IMG/VR virus record: IMGVR_UViG_3300031718_000005
Location: 4,280-68,279 of that record
Reading direction: 5' to 3' (one strand)
Source of the DNA: a virus
Length of the DNA: 64,000 bases
The position numbers and the translations under genes were made by a program. The notes beneath the pieces were generated by a model. It was not told the DNA's origin, did not search any database, and worked only from the letters and a program-made list of their open reading frames with translations. This document shows, piece after piece, positions 37,300 through 45,090 of this stretch. Within the stretch, counting starts at the first letter, position 1. Each line of letters begins with the position of its first letter.

Positions 37300-37430
37300 G
37301 ACGCGATCCGCTCCTGGTGGTCATCGTTGCCGCTGCCCTACTCGCCTTCCTCTATGCTTTGAGCATCATCGCCTATAACAGGCTCAAGGGCTGGCGGAAC
37401 AGGCGACACTTCAGGCAGGGGAACGAATGA
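37296..37430 (+). CDS. 44-aa single-pass membrane protein
   Basis: Read by eye: MRRDPLLVVIVAAALLAFLYALSIIAYNRLKGWRNRRHFRQGNE. ATGA overlap with the upstream gene. Confidence 0.45.
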   Translation: MRRDPLLVVIVAAALLAFLYALSIIAYNRLKGWRNRRHFRQGNE

Positions 37431-37433
37431 CCC

Positions 37434-37772
37434 ATGGGAAAAATATCAGACGTAGAATCCCTACGCCGGGAAATTGCCATTTTGAAGGAAATGGCCCAGG
37501 TCAAGTGGGACAGCCACTTCCGGGAGCACAGTATTGAACGTGAGGCCGTTCAACTTGCCCATGCGGATATGGACCGGCGGCTGAACGAAATGAACAGGCT
37601 GAAAGAACAAATGGCGGCTTCGGATGCGAAGTACATCCCGCGTCCCGAATACGACGCAAACCATAAGACTTTGGAGGTTCGGGTTGACTCCTTGGCCAAG
37701 CTGGTTTACATCGGTCTAGGCGGCGTGATGGTGATCTCGGGATTTTTTAGTTGGTTTTTCAGTAAGCATTGA
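37434..37772 (+). CDS. coiled-coil protein with C-terminal membrane anchor
   Basis: 112 aa with C-terminal LVYIGLGGVMVISGFFSWFF. Confidence 0.55.
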   Translation: MGKISDVESLRREIAILKEMAQVKWDSHFREHSIEREAVQLAHADMDRRLNEMNRLKEQMAASDAKYIPRPEYDANHKTLEVRVDSLAKLVYIGLGGVMVISGFFSWFFSKH

Positions 37773-37806
37773 AATATAAGGGTTTTAGGTTACACTTGAA
37801 CTTCAA

Positions 37807-38118
37807 ATGAACAACACGCCGCCAACGGTCGAGGATTTTCCGTGGCGAATCGTTGCATTCCTGGGTAGCCTCTTTGCGTTCACGCCGTTGATACGCTACG
37901 TAGCTGGCTACCTCCGCGAAGCCAGAATGAAAGAATTGCGGGAATGGTTTCGCACCGAAGACGGTAAGGCTTTTATGGTGCAGTTGTTTTTGGACACGCT
38001 TGAGGACGAGGACCGTTACATGCGTGACTACCTAGAGGACTGGTGGTGTAACCGCCACAACCGAGACAGGAGCAGACCAAGTGAAGAACCTCGCAAATTG
38101 GATCGACCGGGCAATTGA
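37807..38118 (+). CDS. N-terminally anchored charged protein
   Basis: 103 aa. WRIVAFLGSLFAFTPLIRYVAGYL followed by an Arg/Glu/Asp-rich tail. Confidence 0.5.
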   Translation: MNNTPPTVEDFPWRIVAFLGSLFAFTPLIRYVAGYLREARMKELREWFRTEDGKAFMVQLFLDTLEDEDRYMRDYLEDWWCNRHNRDRSRPSEEPRKLDRPGN

Positions 38119-38266
38119 ATCAGCCACGCCGGAAACACTTCCAGTCGTACTGAATCGTATTCAGTGGGAGATAAACAAGGCCCTGGAGGACGCTGGCGAC
38201 ACGCGGACAGAGTATATGGCAGACTCACCACCTCCACAGTGTCCGACATGCCCTCCGACGCCATAG
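38081..38266 (+). CDS. hypothetical protein
   Basis: 61 aa with a GTG start. Overlaps the upstream gene by 38 nt. Confidence 0.35.
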   Translation: MKNLANWIDRAIESATPETLPVVLNRIQWEINKALEDAGDTRTEYMADSPPPQCPTCPPTP

Positions 38267-38269
38267 AAC

Positions 38270-38965
38270 GTGAATACAGACGTGACCGCAACCAATGCGC
38301 TTTGGCTGTCCGCTGACGTGGCGGAAGCCTGCTTAATGGTTTACTTCTGGATCAAGCTACGCCGGTTGTTTCCCTGGTTCATCATGTACGTCGCCTTGGA
38401 CATCGGTTGCGCCTTGTTCTTAGCCGGTGTGCTTCTAGCGAATAGCCGCCTCTACAGCGATGTGTGGATCGCCCACGAATGGCTGTTGGCGTTGCTGGAA
38501 TTAGTAGTTTCCATCGAAGCGCTCCGGCGCATGAATCAGGTCGCGGCGTACAGTCCCAGGAACCTGCTCTTTGTCGGTTCACTCTCAGCAGTGCTAATCC
38601 TTGTCGGCTCGTGTCTGTTCACTTCGTCCCCGCGTTGGCCGGGGGACGTGCTGGAGCCTATCAATTTCGTGCGTGGCGGGTTCCAAGCGTGGCTCGGCAT
38701 TACACTGTGGTATCTGTGGGCTATTCCCTGTCGCCAAGGGCAGCGTTGGAGCGTCCAAGGGCGTCAGATGCTCATGCTGTCCATCTACATGCTAGCGGCA
38801 AGCGTAGAGGCGTTCTCAGAGAATCACCTATGGACAGAAGGGAAGCCGATACCGGGTGATATCATCATGGGGATATCGCTGGGGATTTTCCTTCTATGGG
38901 CGCTCGTCATGTGGTTTAGGCCTTCACGACTTCCTCGCACCATTCAGCAGCACGATCAACAATAA
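38270..38965 (+). CDS. polytopic membrane protein
   Basis: 231 aa with about six hydrophobic spans. Last gene of the plus-strand block. Confidence 0.6.
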   Translation: MNTDVTATNALWLSADVAEACLMVYFWIKLRRLFPWFIMYVALDIGCALFLAGVLLANSRLYSDVWIAHEWLLALLELVVSIEALRRMNQVAAYSPRNLLFVGSLSAVLILVGSCLFTSSPRWPGDVLEPINFVRGGFQAWLGITLWYLWAIPCRQGQRWSVQGRQMLMLSIYMLAASVEAFSENHLWTEGKPIPGDIIMGISLGIFLLWALVMWFRPSRLPRTIQQHDQQ

Positions 38966-39000
38966 AGCGCAGGCCAGCATCAGGGCCACGGGTAGAGCGG

Positions 39001-39276
39001 TCATCGCTTCACCAGCCTTGCCGGAACTTTCAGCATGAAGGAGAAGGGGCGCATATCGCGACGACAAGTGTTATCGAAGTCCTCAATGAATGTGCATGCT
39101 TTATTCGAGAGCGCCAGCCACATTTGCCCGATGCGTACACATGACGTAGTAACGTACGGAGGTCGCGTTACTCTTCTAGTAATAGCGCGCGCAACAGGGC
39201 ATGTATCGCATCGACCTTTGGCACCATCACGGATGTCCCTCGCCGTCACGTTGACGCGGATCGTGCTCAGTTTCAT
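39001..39276 (-). CDS. hypothetical protein
   Basis: Start placed at the ATG at 39276, behind AAGGAGG. Sequence MKLSTIRVNVTARDIRDGAKGRCDTCPVARAI... Confidence 0.6.
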   Translation of the reverse strand: MKLSTIRVNVTARDIRDGAKGRCDTCPVARAITRRVTRPPYVTTSCVRIGQMWLALSNKACTFIEDFDNTCRRDMRPFSFMLKVPARLVKR

Positions 39277-39443
39277 TTTCCCTCCTTCAGCGGCGGATAG
39301 ATCAGCCACAGCGGGTCGCCGAGGAGCATTCCGGCGTGATGATTGAGGTTATACGTTAGTAGCGCGCCGATCTTGGCGTCTTCCTCGCATACGTTGAATA
39401 CCGCTCCGGTTCCGTCCGTTGCGACTGCGCGGGTCCCGTTCCT

Positions 39444-39686
39444 TCATGGCCGTATTATTCTACTTCTGATCGCTTCACCTGAAACTGCCATACGTTCAAG
39501 CGTGCTGATAATAACGGCACTCTTGTGTTTGCATACAAGGCTCGGGAGTTTCTCAACAATCTCGCGAACCGTTAATGGGTTTCGTGCGGCTTTAAGAATG
39601 CGGCGAACGTCCTCGGTTAAGCCCTCTTGTTTGGGAGTAACTCCATACCGCCATACGTATTTCGTTCGCGCCATGTTATCGTTCAT
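39444..39686 (-). CDS. small winged-helix-like protein (terminated by an in-frame TGA)
   Basis: 80 aa with RRILKAARNPLTVREIVEKL. The 56 codons after its TGA stay open in frame and look coding. Confidence 0.55.
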   Translation of the reverse strand: MNDNMARTKYVWRYGVTPKQEGLTEDVRRILKAARNPLTVREIVEKLPSLVCKHKSAVIISTLERMAVSGEAIRSRIIRP

Positions 39687-40030
39687 GGCTCACCGCCGTG
39701 CATGACATCTTCTGCCAGCTTCTCGCGGGATCGCTGGGCGCTGGGAAGCGAATCAAGAGCGGCACGCAATTCCAATACCGGGCATGTGCTTTCGTGCTGA
39801 ACCTCGTCTGGCGTTGCTTCATCCGTCCTGCCACAGTATTCGCAGTGTAGAAAGTTTCCGTGCGCGTCGGCCTCGTTTGAACCTTGCCAGCCGATCATCG
39901 GGCGCAATCTCTTCAACACGCCTTCCAGTTTCACGATGCGTCGTTTAGCCGCTTCGGCGTTGTTATTGGCAAGTTTCAGATAGCTTTCCTGGAAGTATTT
40001 CTTGCCGTCTTTTTCGATCCAGTCGCTCAT
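39683..40030 (-). CDS. hypothetical protein
   Basis: 115 aa, ATGA-coupled, with a CEYCGR...H..CP Cys/His cluster. Confidence 0.55.
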   Translation of the reverse strand: MSDWIEKDGKKYFQESYLKLANNNAEAAKRRIVKLEGVLKRLRPMIGWQGSNEADAHGNFLHCEYCGRTDEATPDEVQHESTCPVLELRAALDSLPSAQRSREKLAEDVMHGGEP

Positions 40031-40542
40031 GCCGATTTGCGCTCCTTCTTGTCGTTAGGATCAACGCCTTCGGGATACCAACCCCAGTGATCGGAGTGGG
40101 AGTCGTATCGCTTCGATGGAGTTCCGTCAGCATTGAGAATCCGCACTACAAATTCTCCTGGTTTAGCCATCGAGTAACTGGAGATGTTCTTAGGGTGAAC
40201 CATACCGACAGTCGCAGCTTCGTAGATTCCCTTTTCCTTTGGATCATAAATGTTTGTCCAGCGGCGAGTTTCCCATTTAACCAGTTTTGTTCCAATAGGC
40301 CACTTACCGCCTTCGCCGGTCAATGCGATACGCTCTCGCTCTGCGGTAGTAGCTGCGCTGGCCGCTACAAATGCTTCATGCAGCCGCTTCAGTTCCGCAC
40401 CATAGGTTTCGTTAAGGTCGTATTCGATCTCGGCATATGCCTTTGAGCGCCGGTCAGTGCGCTCCTGCTCAACCGAGTACTTCAAGTTTTGATAGTCTGC
40501 TCCGGATTCGCGTTCGATCTTTTCCAGTTGCTTCAGCGTCAT
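40027..40542 (-). CDS. hypothetical protein
   Basis: 171 aa, the first gene downstream of the 467-nt spacer. Confidence 0.6.
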   Translation of the reverse strand: MTLKQLEKIERESGADYQNLKYSVEQERTDRRSKAYAEIEYDLNETYGAELKRLHEAFVAASAATTAERERIALTGEGGKWPIGTKLVKWETRRWTNIYDPKEKGIYEAATVGMVHPKNISSYSMAKPGEFVVRILNADGTPSKRYDSHSDHWGWYPEGVDPNDKKERKSA

Positions 40543-41009
40543 GGTTTCTCACTTCTTCGGAACCGCTGTGGACCCTATTGAAAGAACAGATTGGAGGCTC
40601 TGTCCTTCCCCCTCTAGATCCCAACGGCTCCGAAGAAGCGCCCTCGTGAGAAGGCCGGGGACTCCAGGGTTCGTGGATCAGGAGTCCTAAAAGGCTGGTC
40701 ATCCCGAGAACCGACCATCCCCATTACCACAGGGACTAAGGCTTATCAATTTTGAAAGGAGAGCGGTCCCCGTTCCCCCGAGATTACCCGCTCTCCCCAA
40801 TTGCTAACTTTCGGGATCTTCGCCCGTGCAGGGATCTTGGCCCAAGCCAGCAAGACTACTTGCTGGGCGGTAGAAAGGAGCCGGTGCGAAAGCACCGCGC
40901 GGCATTACCCGCACACGCCCAGCAAGCTGGATGGAGGCTGACAGCTTTAAAGTCTGCTATGGATCGAAAGGCTACGCATCCGACAGCCCCCATAAACCGC
41001 ACAAGTTCG
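40543..41009. ncRNA. ORF-free hairpin-dense spacer, candidate structured RNA
   Basis: Contains several perfect 6-9 bp stems, a GAAA-capped hairpin and a 13 of 14 bp long-range stem. The only ORF is Pro/Arg-rich and implausible. Confidence 0.3.
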
Positions 41010-41531
41010 TTACGTCGGACTTCCCTCTCTCCGTTGCAGTTCGGCGATTAGCTCGTCACTGGTGAACTTCGCGAGTTGTTCCTGGATCGACTGCGTCTCC
41101 TGCTGTGGCGGAAAGAGCGGCTCCGGCATTGCTCCACTGTCCGCTTGGGTTACTTCTCCGGTCAGGGCGTTGATCCAGGAACCGTCCGGTTGTAGAAGCT
41201 CCGCCTCTACCTTGCCTTCAAAAGGGCCATCGAGACCCTGGAAGTCCTGGTGATCTGCCAACGAGCGACCGAGCAGATACTTCTCCATGCCGTCGATGTC
41301 GCTGGTCTGTATTGATGCTTGGGGCGCGTTTCCAGGATCGTCTTTGCGCCGGGGAAGATAGTGCCCCGCCGCCACGTCCACAGCGTCACGATCTCGTGAC
41401 ACGACGCGGAAAAAGTCTGTTATGTTCGCCTGGAACTTCACGAGCGCAGTGCGGAAACCGTCCGCGTCAATCGAACGAGCATCTAGTTGTTTCAGCGCTG
41501 CCAGTTTCATTTGTTTCACATCATCAGCCAT
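41010..41531 (-). CDS. hypothetical protein
   Basis: 173 aa acidic protein. Confidence 0.55.
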   Translation of the reverse strand: MADDVKQMKLAALKQLDARSIDADGFRTALVKFQANITDFFRVVSRDRDAVDVAAGHYLPRRKDDPGNAPQASIQTSDIDGMEKYLLGRSLADHQDFQGLDGPFEGKVEAELLQPDGSWINALTGEVTQADSGAMPEPLFPPQQETQSIQEQLAKFTSDELIAELQRREGSPT

Positions 41532-41589
41532 TTAGTTCTCCTTCTGGTTTAGTAGTGCGTTTCTGTGTTGGCCCCCGCATGGAAGCATA

Positions 41590-41853
41590 TTACCGTAATT
41601 TGTTCTCCATCTCCCGCATGCGCTTGTGTTTGAGGTTGGAGACGTATTTCTCTAAAGCATTGCGCAGTTCGTGTGTATCTGACTTGTAGAAGAATTTGAC
41701 GCCAACACGGATAACATACCTGGACTGCACTGGGTTCATCGGCATGTAGCCAGCGTAGTCCATGAAATACTTCTCCAACTCTTTACCGTCCATTGCAAGA
41801 ACGTCATCAACCGACTTACCAGCGATCACGGCAGCAACCCCCACCATCTCCAC
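41590..41853 (-). CDS. hypothetical protein
   Basis: 87 aa. Confidence 0.5.
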   Translation of the reverse strand: MEMVGVAAVIAGKSVDDVLAMDGKELEKYFMDYAGYMPMNPVQSRYVIRVGVKFFYKSDTHELRNALEKYVSNLKHKRMREMENKLR

Positions 41854-42317
41854 TTCACCACTGGCGTCTGAGGCATTAACGCCGCAACCTGCCCCTGAAG
41901 ATTCACTATCGCGAGCTTCTGTATCTCGATCTGCCGGTCGCGTTCGACGATCTCGTAGCTCAGTTCGTTGATGCGCTGGCAGTAGATTTTCTCTACTTCG
42001 GCGAAGTAGTTGCCCTGCGTCTCCGGGCCGTGCTCGTTGAAGCGCTTCACGAAGGCTTGGCGGTCGCCTACGTTCAGGCTCTCTAGGTGCGCTAGTTCCA
42101 TGCGACAGAGGGCGCTGCGGACTTCGGTGTCGTCGGGTGTCATGCTATTTCCCCTTTCCTCGCGAATCGCTGAGCGGAGCCAGCTTGCAGCCACCTGATT
42201 GAGAATGCTTTGCAGTTCCATCGCCGTAAGATCGAAGACTTGCACTATCTGCACAACGCTCTCAGCTAGCTTCAGGTGCGCTTCGCTGACTTGACGCTGT
42301 CTCTCGTGCATCTTCAT
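41826..42317 (-). CDS. coiled-coil protein
   Basis: 163 aa, helical, ATGA-coupled to the upstream gene. Confidence 0.55.
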   Translation of the reverse strand: MKMHERQRQVSEAHLKLAESVVQIVQVFDLTAMELQSILNQVAASWLRSAIREERGNSMTPDDTEVRSALCRMELAHLESLNVGDRQAFVKRFNEHGPETQGNYFAEVEKIYCQRINELSYEIVERDRQIEIQKLAIVNLQGQVAALMPQTPVVKWRWWGLLP

Positions 42318-42685
42318 TTGCCCTTCTTCCTCTCTGCCAAAGCTGGCCTCAGATACACGCGTTCGAGTGAGTTGGCGATCTCGCTAAATGGTACTCCTGA
42401 ATCATTGAGGCTTGCGGCGGTATCGGGATATTCCAGTAGGGGATTTGTTTTTCTGATCCCAAGCCAAATCTGCACTGGACCGGGCAACGTGGATGACTCA
42501 CGAAAATCATCAATAATAAATACCCCGGCTCTCCAGCGACCCAGTCCTGTCGTTCGCCGGAAGACCTCGCACGCCACGCCTAAGCAGCAAAACTTGCGGT
42601 CATCGCGTAGCTGGTTTTGTGCCTGCCTGAACTCGCCGCTACGGAGCGCTTTGAGCCATAGCTTCATGTGGGATATGTTAATCAT
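42314..42685 (-). CDS. hypothetical protein (WLKALRSG...CCLGV type)
   Basis: 123 aa. The motif pattern is common in phage early genes. Function unknown. Confidence 0.6.
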   Translation of the reverse strand: MINISHMKLWLKALRSGEFRQAQNQLRDDRKFCCLGVACEVFRRTTGLGRWRAGVFIIDDFRESSTLPGPVQIWLGIRKTNPLLEYPDTAASLNDSGVPFSEIANSLERVYLRPALAERKKGK

Positions 42686-42894
42686 TTGGCCTTTTTCCGT
42701 CTCGCGTCCTTCTCCAGCCTCACCAGCGCACGGCGGAGGAACTGGCGGAGCTTGGGGCTATTCGTGCCGCCACCCCACCAATTGGCGGGAGACGGGGAAT
42801 GCCAAGTCAAGTACATGCCTCTAATACCCGAATTATCTTCCGGCAACAAGCGGAGATGGCTACCGTTCTCGGATACGAACTCTAGGTCCTTCAT
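42682..42894 (-). CDS. hypothetical protein
   Basis: 70 aa, ATGA-coupled on both sides. Confidence 0.5.
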   Translation of the reverse strand: MKDLEFVSENGSHLRLLPEDNSGIRGMYLTWHSPSPANWWGGGTNSPKLRQFLRRALVRLEKDARRKKAK

Positions 42895-43244
42895 TTGCCA
42901 TTCTCCCGCTTGGGCCGCTTCAAGAACTGCGACCCTTTCGCTCTTTCCCTCAGGCGCTTGACGGCTTCCTCTGCTAACTCCTGCGCCATGTGGTGCCCAT
43001 TGCCGTGAATCAACCCAGCGCCTTCAGCACGCTCAAACCATAATGCGGCCCGGTATACGTCATTACCCAAGTCTTCTTCAATAGACGCGAGAGTGAGAAC
43101 CTTCTTCTTCCGAAGCTCCGGCTTTGGCAAAAACGCCCGCAGCGCCTGCTCGGTAATCGCGTGCATCTTTAAGCCGGTATGAGCGCTGTATTCCTTTACC
43201 GCATCCCTGATCTCGTCAGAAACGAGCATGTTCAATCCAGGCAT
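42891..43244 (-). CDS. ribbon-helix-helix-like regulator, first gene of leftward early operon
   Basis: Start moved to the ATG at 43244. MLVSDEIRDAVKEYSAHTGLKMHAITEQALRAFL fits a beta-alpha-alpha RHH pattern. Confidence 0.5.
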   Translation of the reverse strand: MPGLNMLVSDEIRDAVKEYSAHTGLKMHAITEQALRAFLPKPELRKKKVLTLASIEEDLGNDVYRAALWFERAEGAGLIHGNGHHMAQELAEEAVKRLRERAKGSQFLKRPKRENGK

Positions 43245-43250
43245 GAGAAG

Positions 43251-43279
43251 AGGATAACACAGGGAAAACTGGATTGCAA
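43251..43279 (-). promoter_or_regulatory. sigma70-like promoter, leftward
   Basis: TTGCAA, 17 nt, TATCCT, then 6 nt to the ATG at 43244. Confidence 0.45.
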
Positions 43280-43309
43280 CAATAATTTTCAACTGACAAC
43301 AAAAATGTC

Positions 43310-43338
43310 TTGACTTCGCCCTGTGGCTGGTTTACGAT
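43310..43338 (+). promoter_or_regulatory. sigma70-like promoter, rightward
   Basis: TTGACT, 17 nt, TACGAT, then 6 nt to the ATG at 43345. Confidence 0.5.
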
Positions 43339-43344
43339 TGGTTC

Positions 43345-43500
43345 ATGAGCATCGACCGCAACCTCGAAAGCAGCATGGGGAAAGTGCCAACATCCTCCGA
43401 ACTAGCGGCTGAGCGGCGTATTTGGGGCGCAGAGCCGGTGGAGCAAAGCGCTGGCGACCCATTCGATGAAACGGATTGGTATGAGGAGGAATCGGAATGA
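43345..43500 (+). CDS. 51-aa acidic ORF, first cistron of rightward early operon
   Basis: Read by eye: MSIDRNLESSMGKVPTSSELAAERRIWGAEPVEQSAGDPFDETDWYEEESE. Its TGA overlaps the ATG at 43497. Confidence 0.4.
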   Translation: MSIDRNLESSMGKVPTSSELAAERRIWGAEPVEQSAGDPFDETDWYEEESE

Positions 43501-43727
43501 GCGTCTGGTACGAAACCTGCATTGAGCAGAAGGGTGAGATCCGCGATGTAATCGTGCGCGGCAATCTAGAAGGGGCGAAACGAGCTATAGACCAACTGAA
43601 AGTTGATTGGCCGAAATTCGACATGATCTTTGTCCGGCAACACGGCAAGCGTAAACGCGGCGAAACCTCTCAGGACAGTTTTCGCGTCCTCCAGAAACTT
43701 ACGATTAAACCCGAGGTAGCAGCATGA
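43497..43727 (+). CDS. hypothetical protein
   Basis: 76 aa with GAGGAGG RBS. Confidence 0.55.
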   Translation: MSVWYETCIEQKGEIRDVIVRGNLEGAKRAIDQLKVDWPKFDMIFVRQHGKRKRGETSQDSFRVLQKLTIKPEVAA

Positions 43728-43954
43728 GCCACTACCCAGTAGGTTGCAGCGCTTCGGACGTAGACCGCTCCTCGAATGGCGATGCGGAATATGTTGACGA
43801 ACTCGACGAGCTTTGCGTATTGGACTGCGGACACTCAGGAACGATTCGCAACGCTGAAGAAGCGGCAGGCCAGTTGATCTGTGAACCTTGTTTCATTGCA
43901 CGGAAAGCGTTCATCACCGAGTTGATGGGCGGGTTGAGGAGCTTGGCGCAATGA
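43724..43954 (+). CDS. hypothetical Cys-containing protein
   Basis: 76 aa, ATGA-coupled. Confidence 0.55.
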   Translation: MSHYPVGCSASDVDRSSNGDAEYVDELDELCVLDCGHSGTIRNAEEAAGQLICEPCFIARKAFITELMGGLRSLAQ

Positions 43955-44145
43955 TGCACCCTATTGAGATTCGCGAGCAACACGCCAATTTACTAGCAGA
44001 GATTCAGGAATTGCTTGGATTCTGCCAAGATTTAATGCTGGTGGTTACCGGCGGTGCACCACAGGAACAACTTAACAGTGTGCGTGGGAATATGATTCAC
44101 TGTTGCGAACGCATCGGCAATATTGCCGCCAGGATCGGAAGGTGA
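43951..44145 (+). CDS. hypothetical protein
   Basis: 64 aa from an internal ATG, ATGA-coupled to the upstream stop. Confidence 0.5.
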   Translation: MMHPIEIREQHANLLAEIQELLGFCQDLMLVVTGGAPQEQLNSVRGNMIHCCERIGNIAARIGR

Positions 44146-44164
44146 TGGGCGGGTTGAGGAATCT

Positions 44165-44782
44165 ATGCCAGTAAAATCTACAATTAACGCTCTTGATCCA
44201 GTCTCGAACGATGCCGAAGTTGACATCCTCGCAGGCCAACCATACACCGTGTGCGCGACAGTCGTCGGCACTGCGCCGATTCTATTTCACCGTTGGAGCG
44301 TGGAAGGCGTGGCCGAGAAAGCCAAGGCTGCGAAGGGCAGTAAGGCCAAGAAGGAAGACAATCTCGAAAGCTACGTCTACCGTGATCAGCGCGGGCACAT
44401 AGCGATTCCGGCTGAGTACTTTCGTATGGCGATTATCACGGCTGCAAAGTTCAAACAAGACCCGCGTTCGCCACGGAAATCAGCAATGGACCTTTTCAAG
44501 GCTGGGATCGCAATTGGCGAAGAGTACTGCTCTTTGGGCAAGAGCGAATGGGATTATGTTGACCAACGGCGTGTGGCGGTCCAGCGCAACGGTATTACGC
44601 GCTGTCGGCCAGCAATGCAGACCGGCTGGAAAACTGACGTGATCCTGTCGGTTCTCTTACCGGAATACATCAACGTTGAACTTCTCAATGAAGTCATGCA
44701 GAGTGCGGGTCGGCTGATCGGCGTGGGCGATTTTCGACCGTCATACGGGCGCTTTCAGATCATTGGTTTCTCGGTAGTGTGA
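44165..44782 (+). CDS. hypothetical protein
   Basis: 205 aa from the ATG behind GAGGA. No motif recognised. Confidence 0.6.
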   Translation: MPVKSTINALDPVSNDAEVDILAGQPYTVCATVVGTAPILFHRWSVEGVAEKAKAAKGSKAKKEDNLESYVYRDQRGHIAIPAEYFRMAIITAAKFKQDPRSPRKSAMDLFKAGIAIGEEYCSLGKSEWDYVDQRRVAVQRNGITRCRPAMQTGWKTDVILSVLLPEYINVELLNEVMQSAGRLIGVGDFRPSYGRFQIIGFSVV

Positions 44783-45090
44783 GCCGAGGCTAGGCGAGAT
44801 CTGGCGAGGTATGGCGTGGATGGGTCAGGCGTGGTTTCGGAAAGGCGTGACACGGTATGGTTAGGCTGGGCCCGGTGAGGCGCGGTAGTGTTTGGTGTGG
44901 CGCGTTCGGGCTGGGCACGGTTCCCTATGGTGTAGTTTGGAGCGGTTAGCCGAGGCGAGGCGGTGTCAGGTTCGGCAGGATGCGGTATGGCGTGGCACGC
45001 TCAGGAGCGGTATGGTGCGTTCAGACGGGCCATGGTCTGGTTCAGCATGGTCGGGACAGGTCAGGTCAGCTAAGGCATGGATTATTAAAA
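44772..45090 (+). repeat. G+T-rich, C-poor array of same-strand CGGTA(T/G)(G/T)G octamers
   Basis: CGGTATGG at 44853, 44983 and 45008. CGGTAGTG at 44772 and 44883. AGGTATGG at 44807. The 12-mer GGTATGGCGTGG occurs at 44808 and 44984. AGCCGAGGC-AGGCG occurs at 44782 and 44947. Confidence 0.6.

Noticed and set aside
40660-40690. tRNA-like T-arm (GGTTCGTGGATC) and a window-wide tRNA search
   Set aside because: There is no matching acceptor, D or anticodon arm. No GGTTCGAATCC-type T-loop with cloverleaf context was found in any intergenic region.
40880-40906. Group II intron domain V-like hairpin (GAGCCGGUGC-GAAA-GCACCG...)
   Set aside because: The lower helix and the 2-nt bulge do not fit domain V geometry. 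No reverse transcriptase or maturase ORF is nearby, and the flanking ORFs are not obviously one split gene.
40752-41051. 99-aa plus-strand ORF in the 467-nt spacer
   Set aside because: Pro/Arg-rich, with a non-ATG start. It runs into the convergent gene at 41010.
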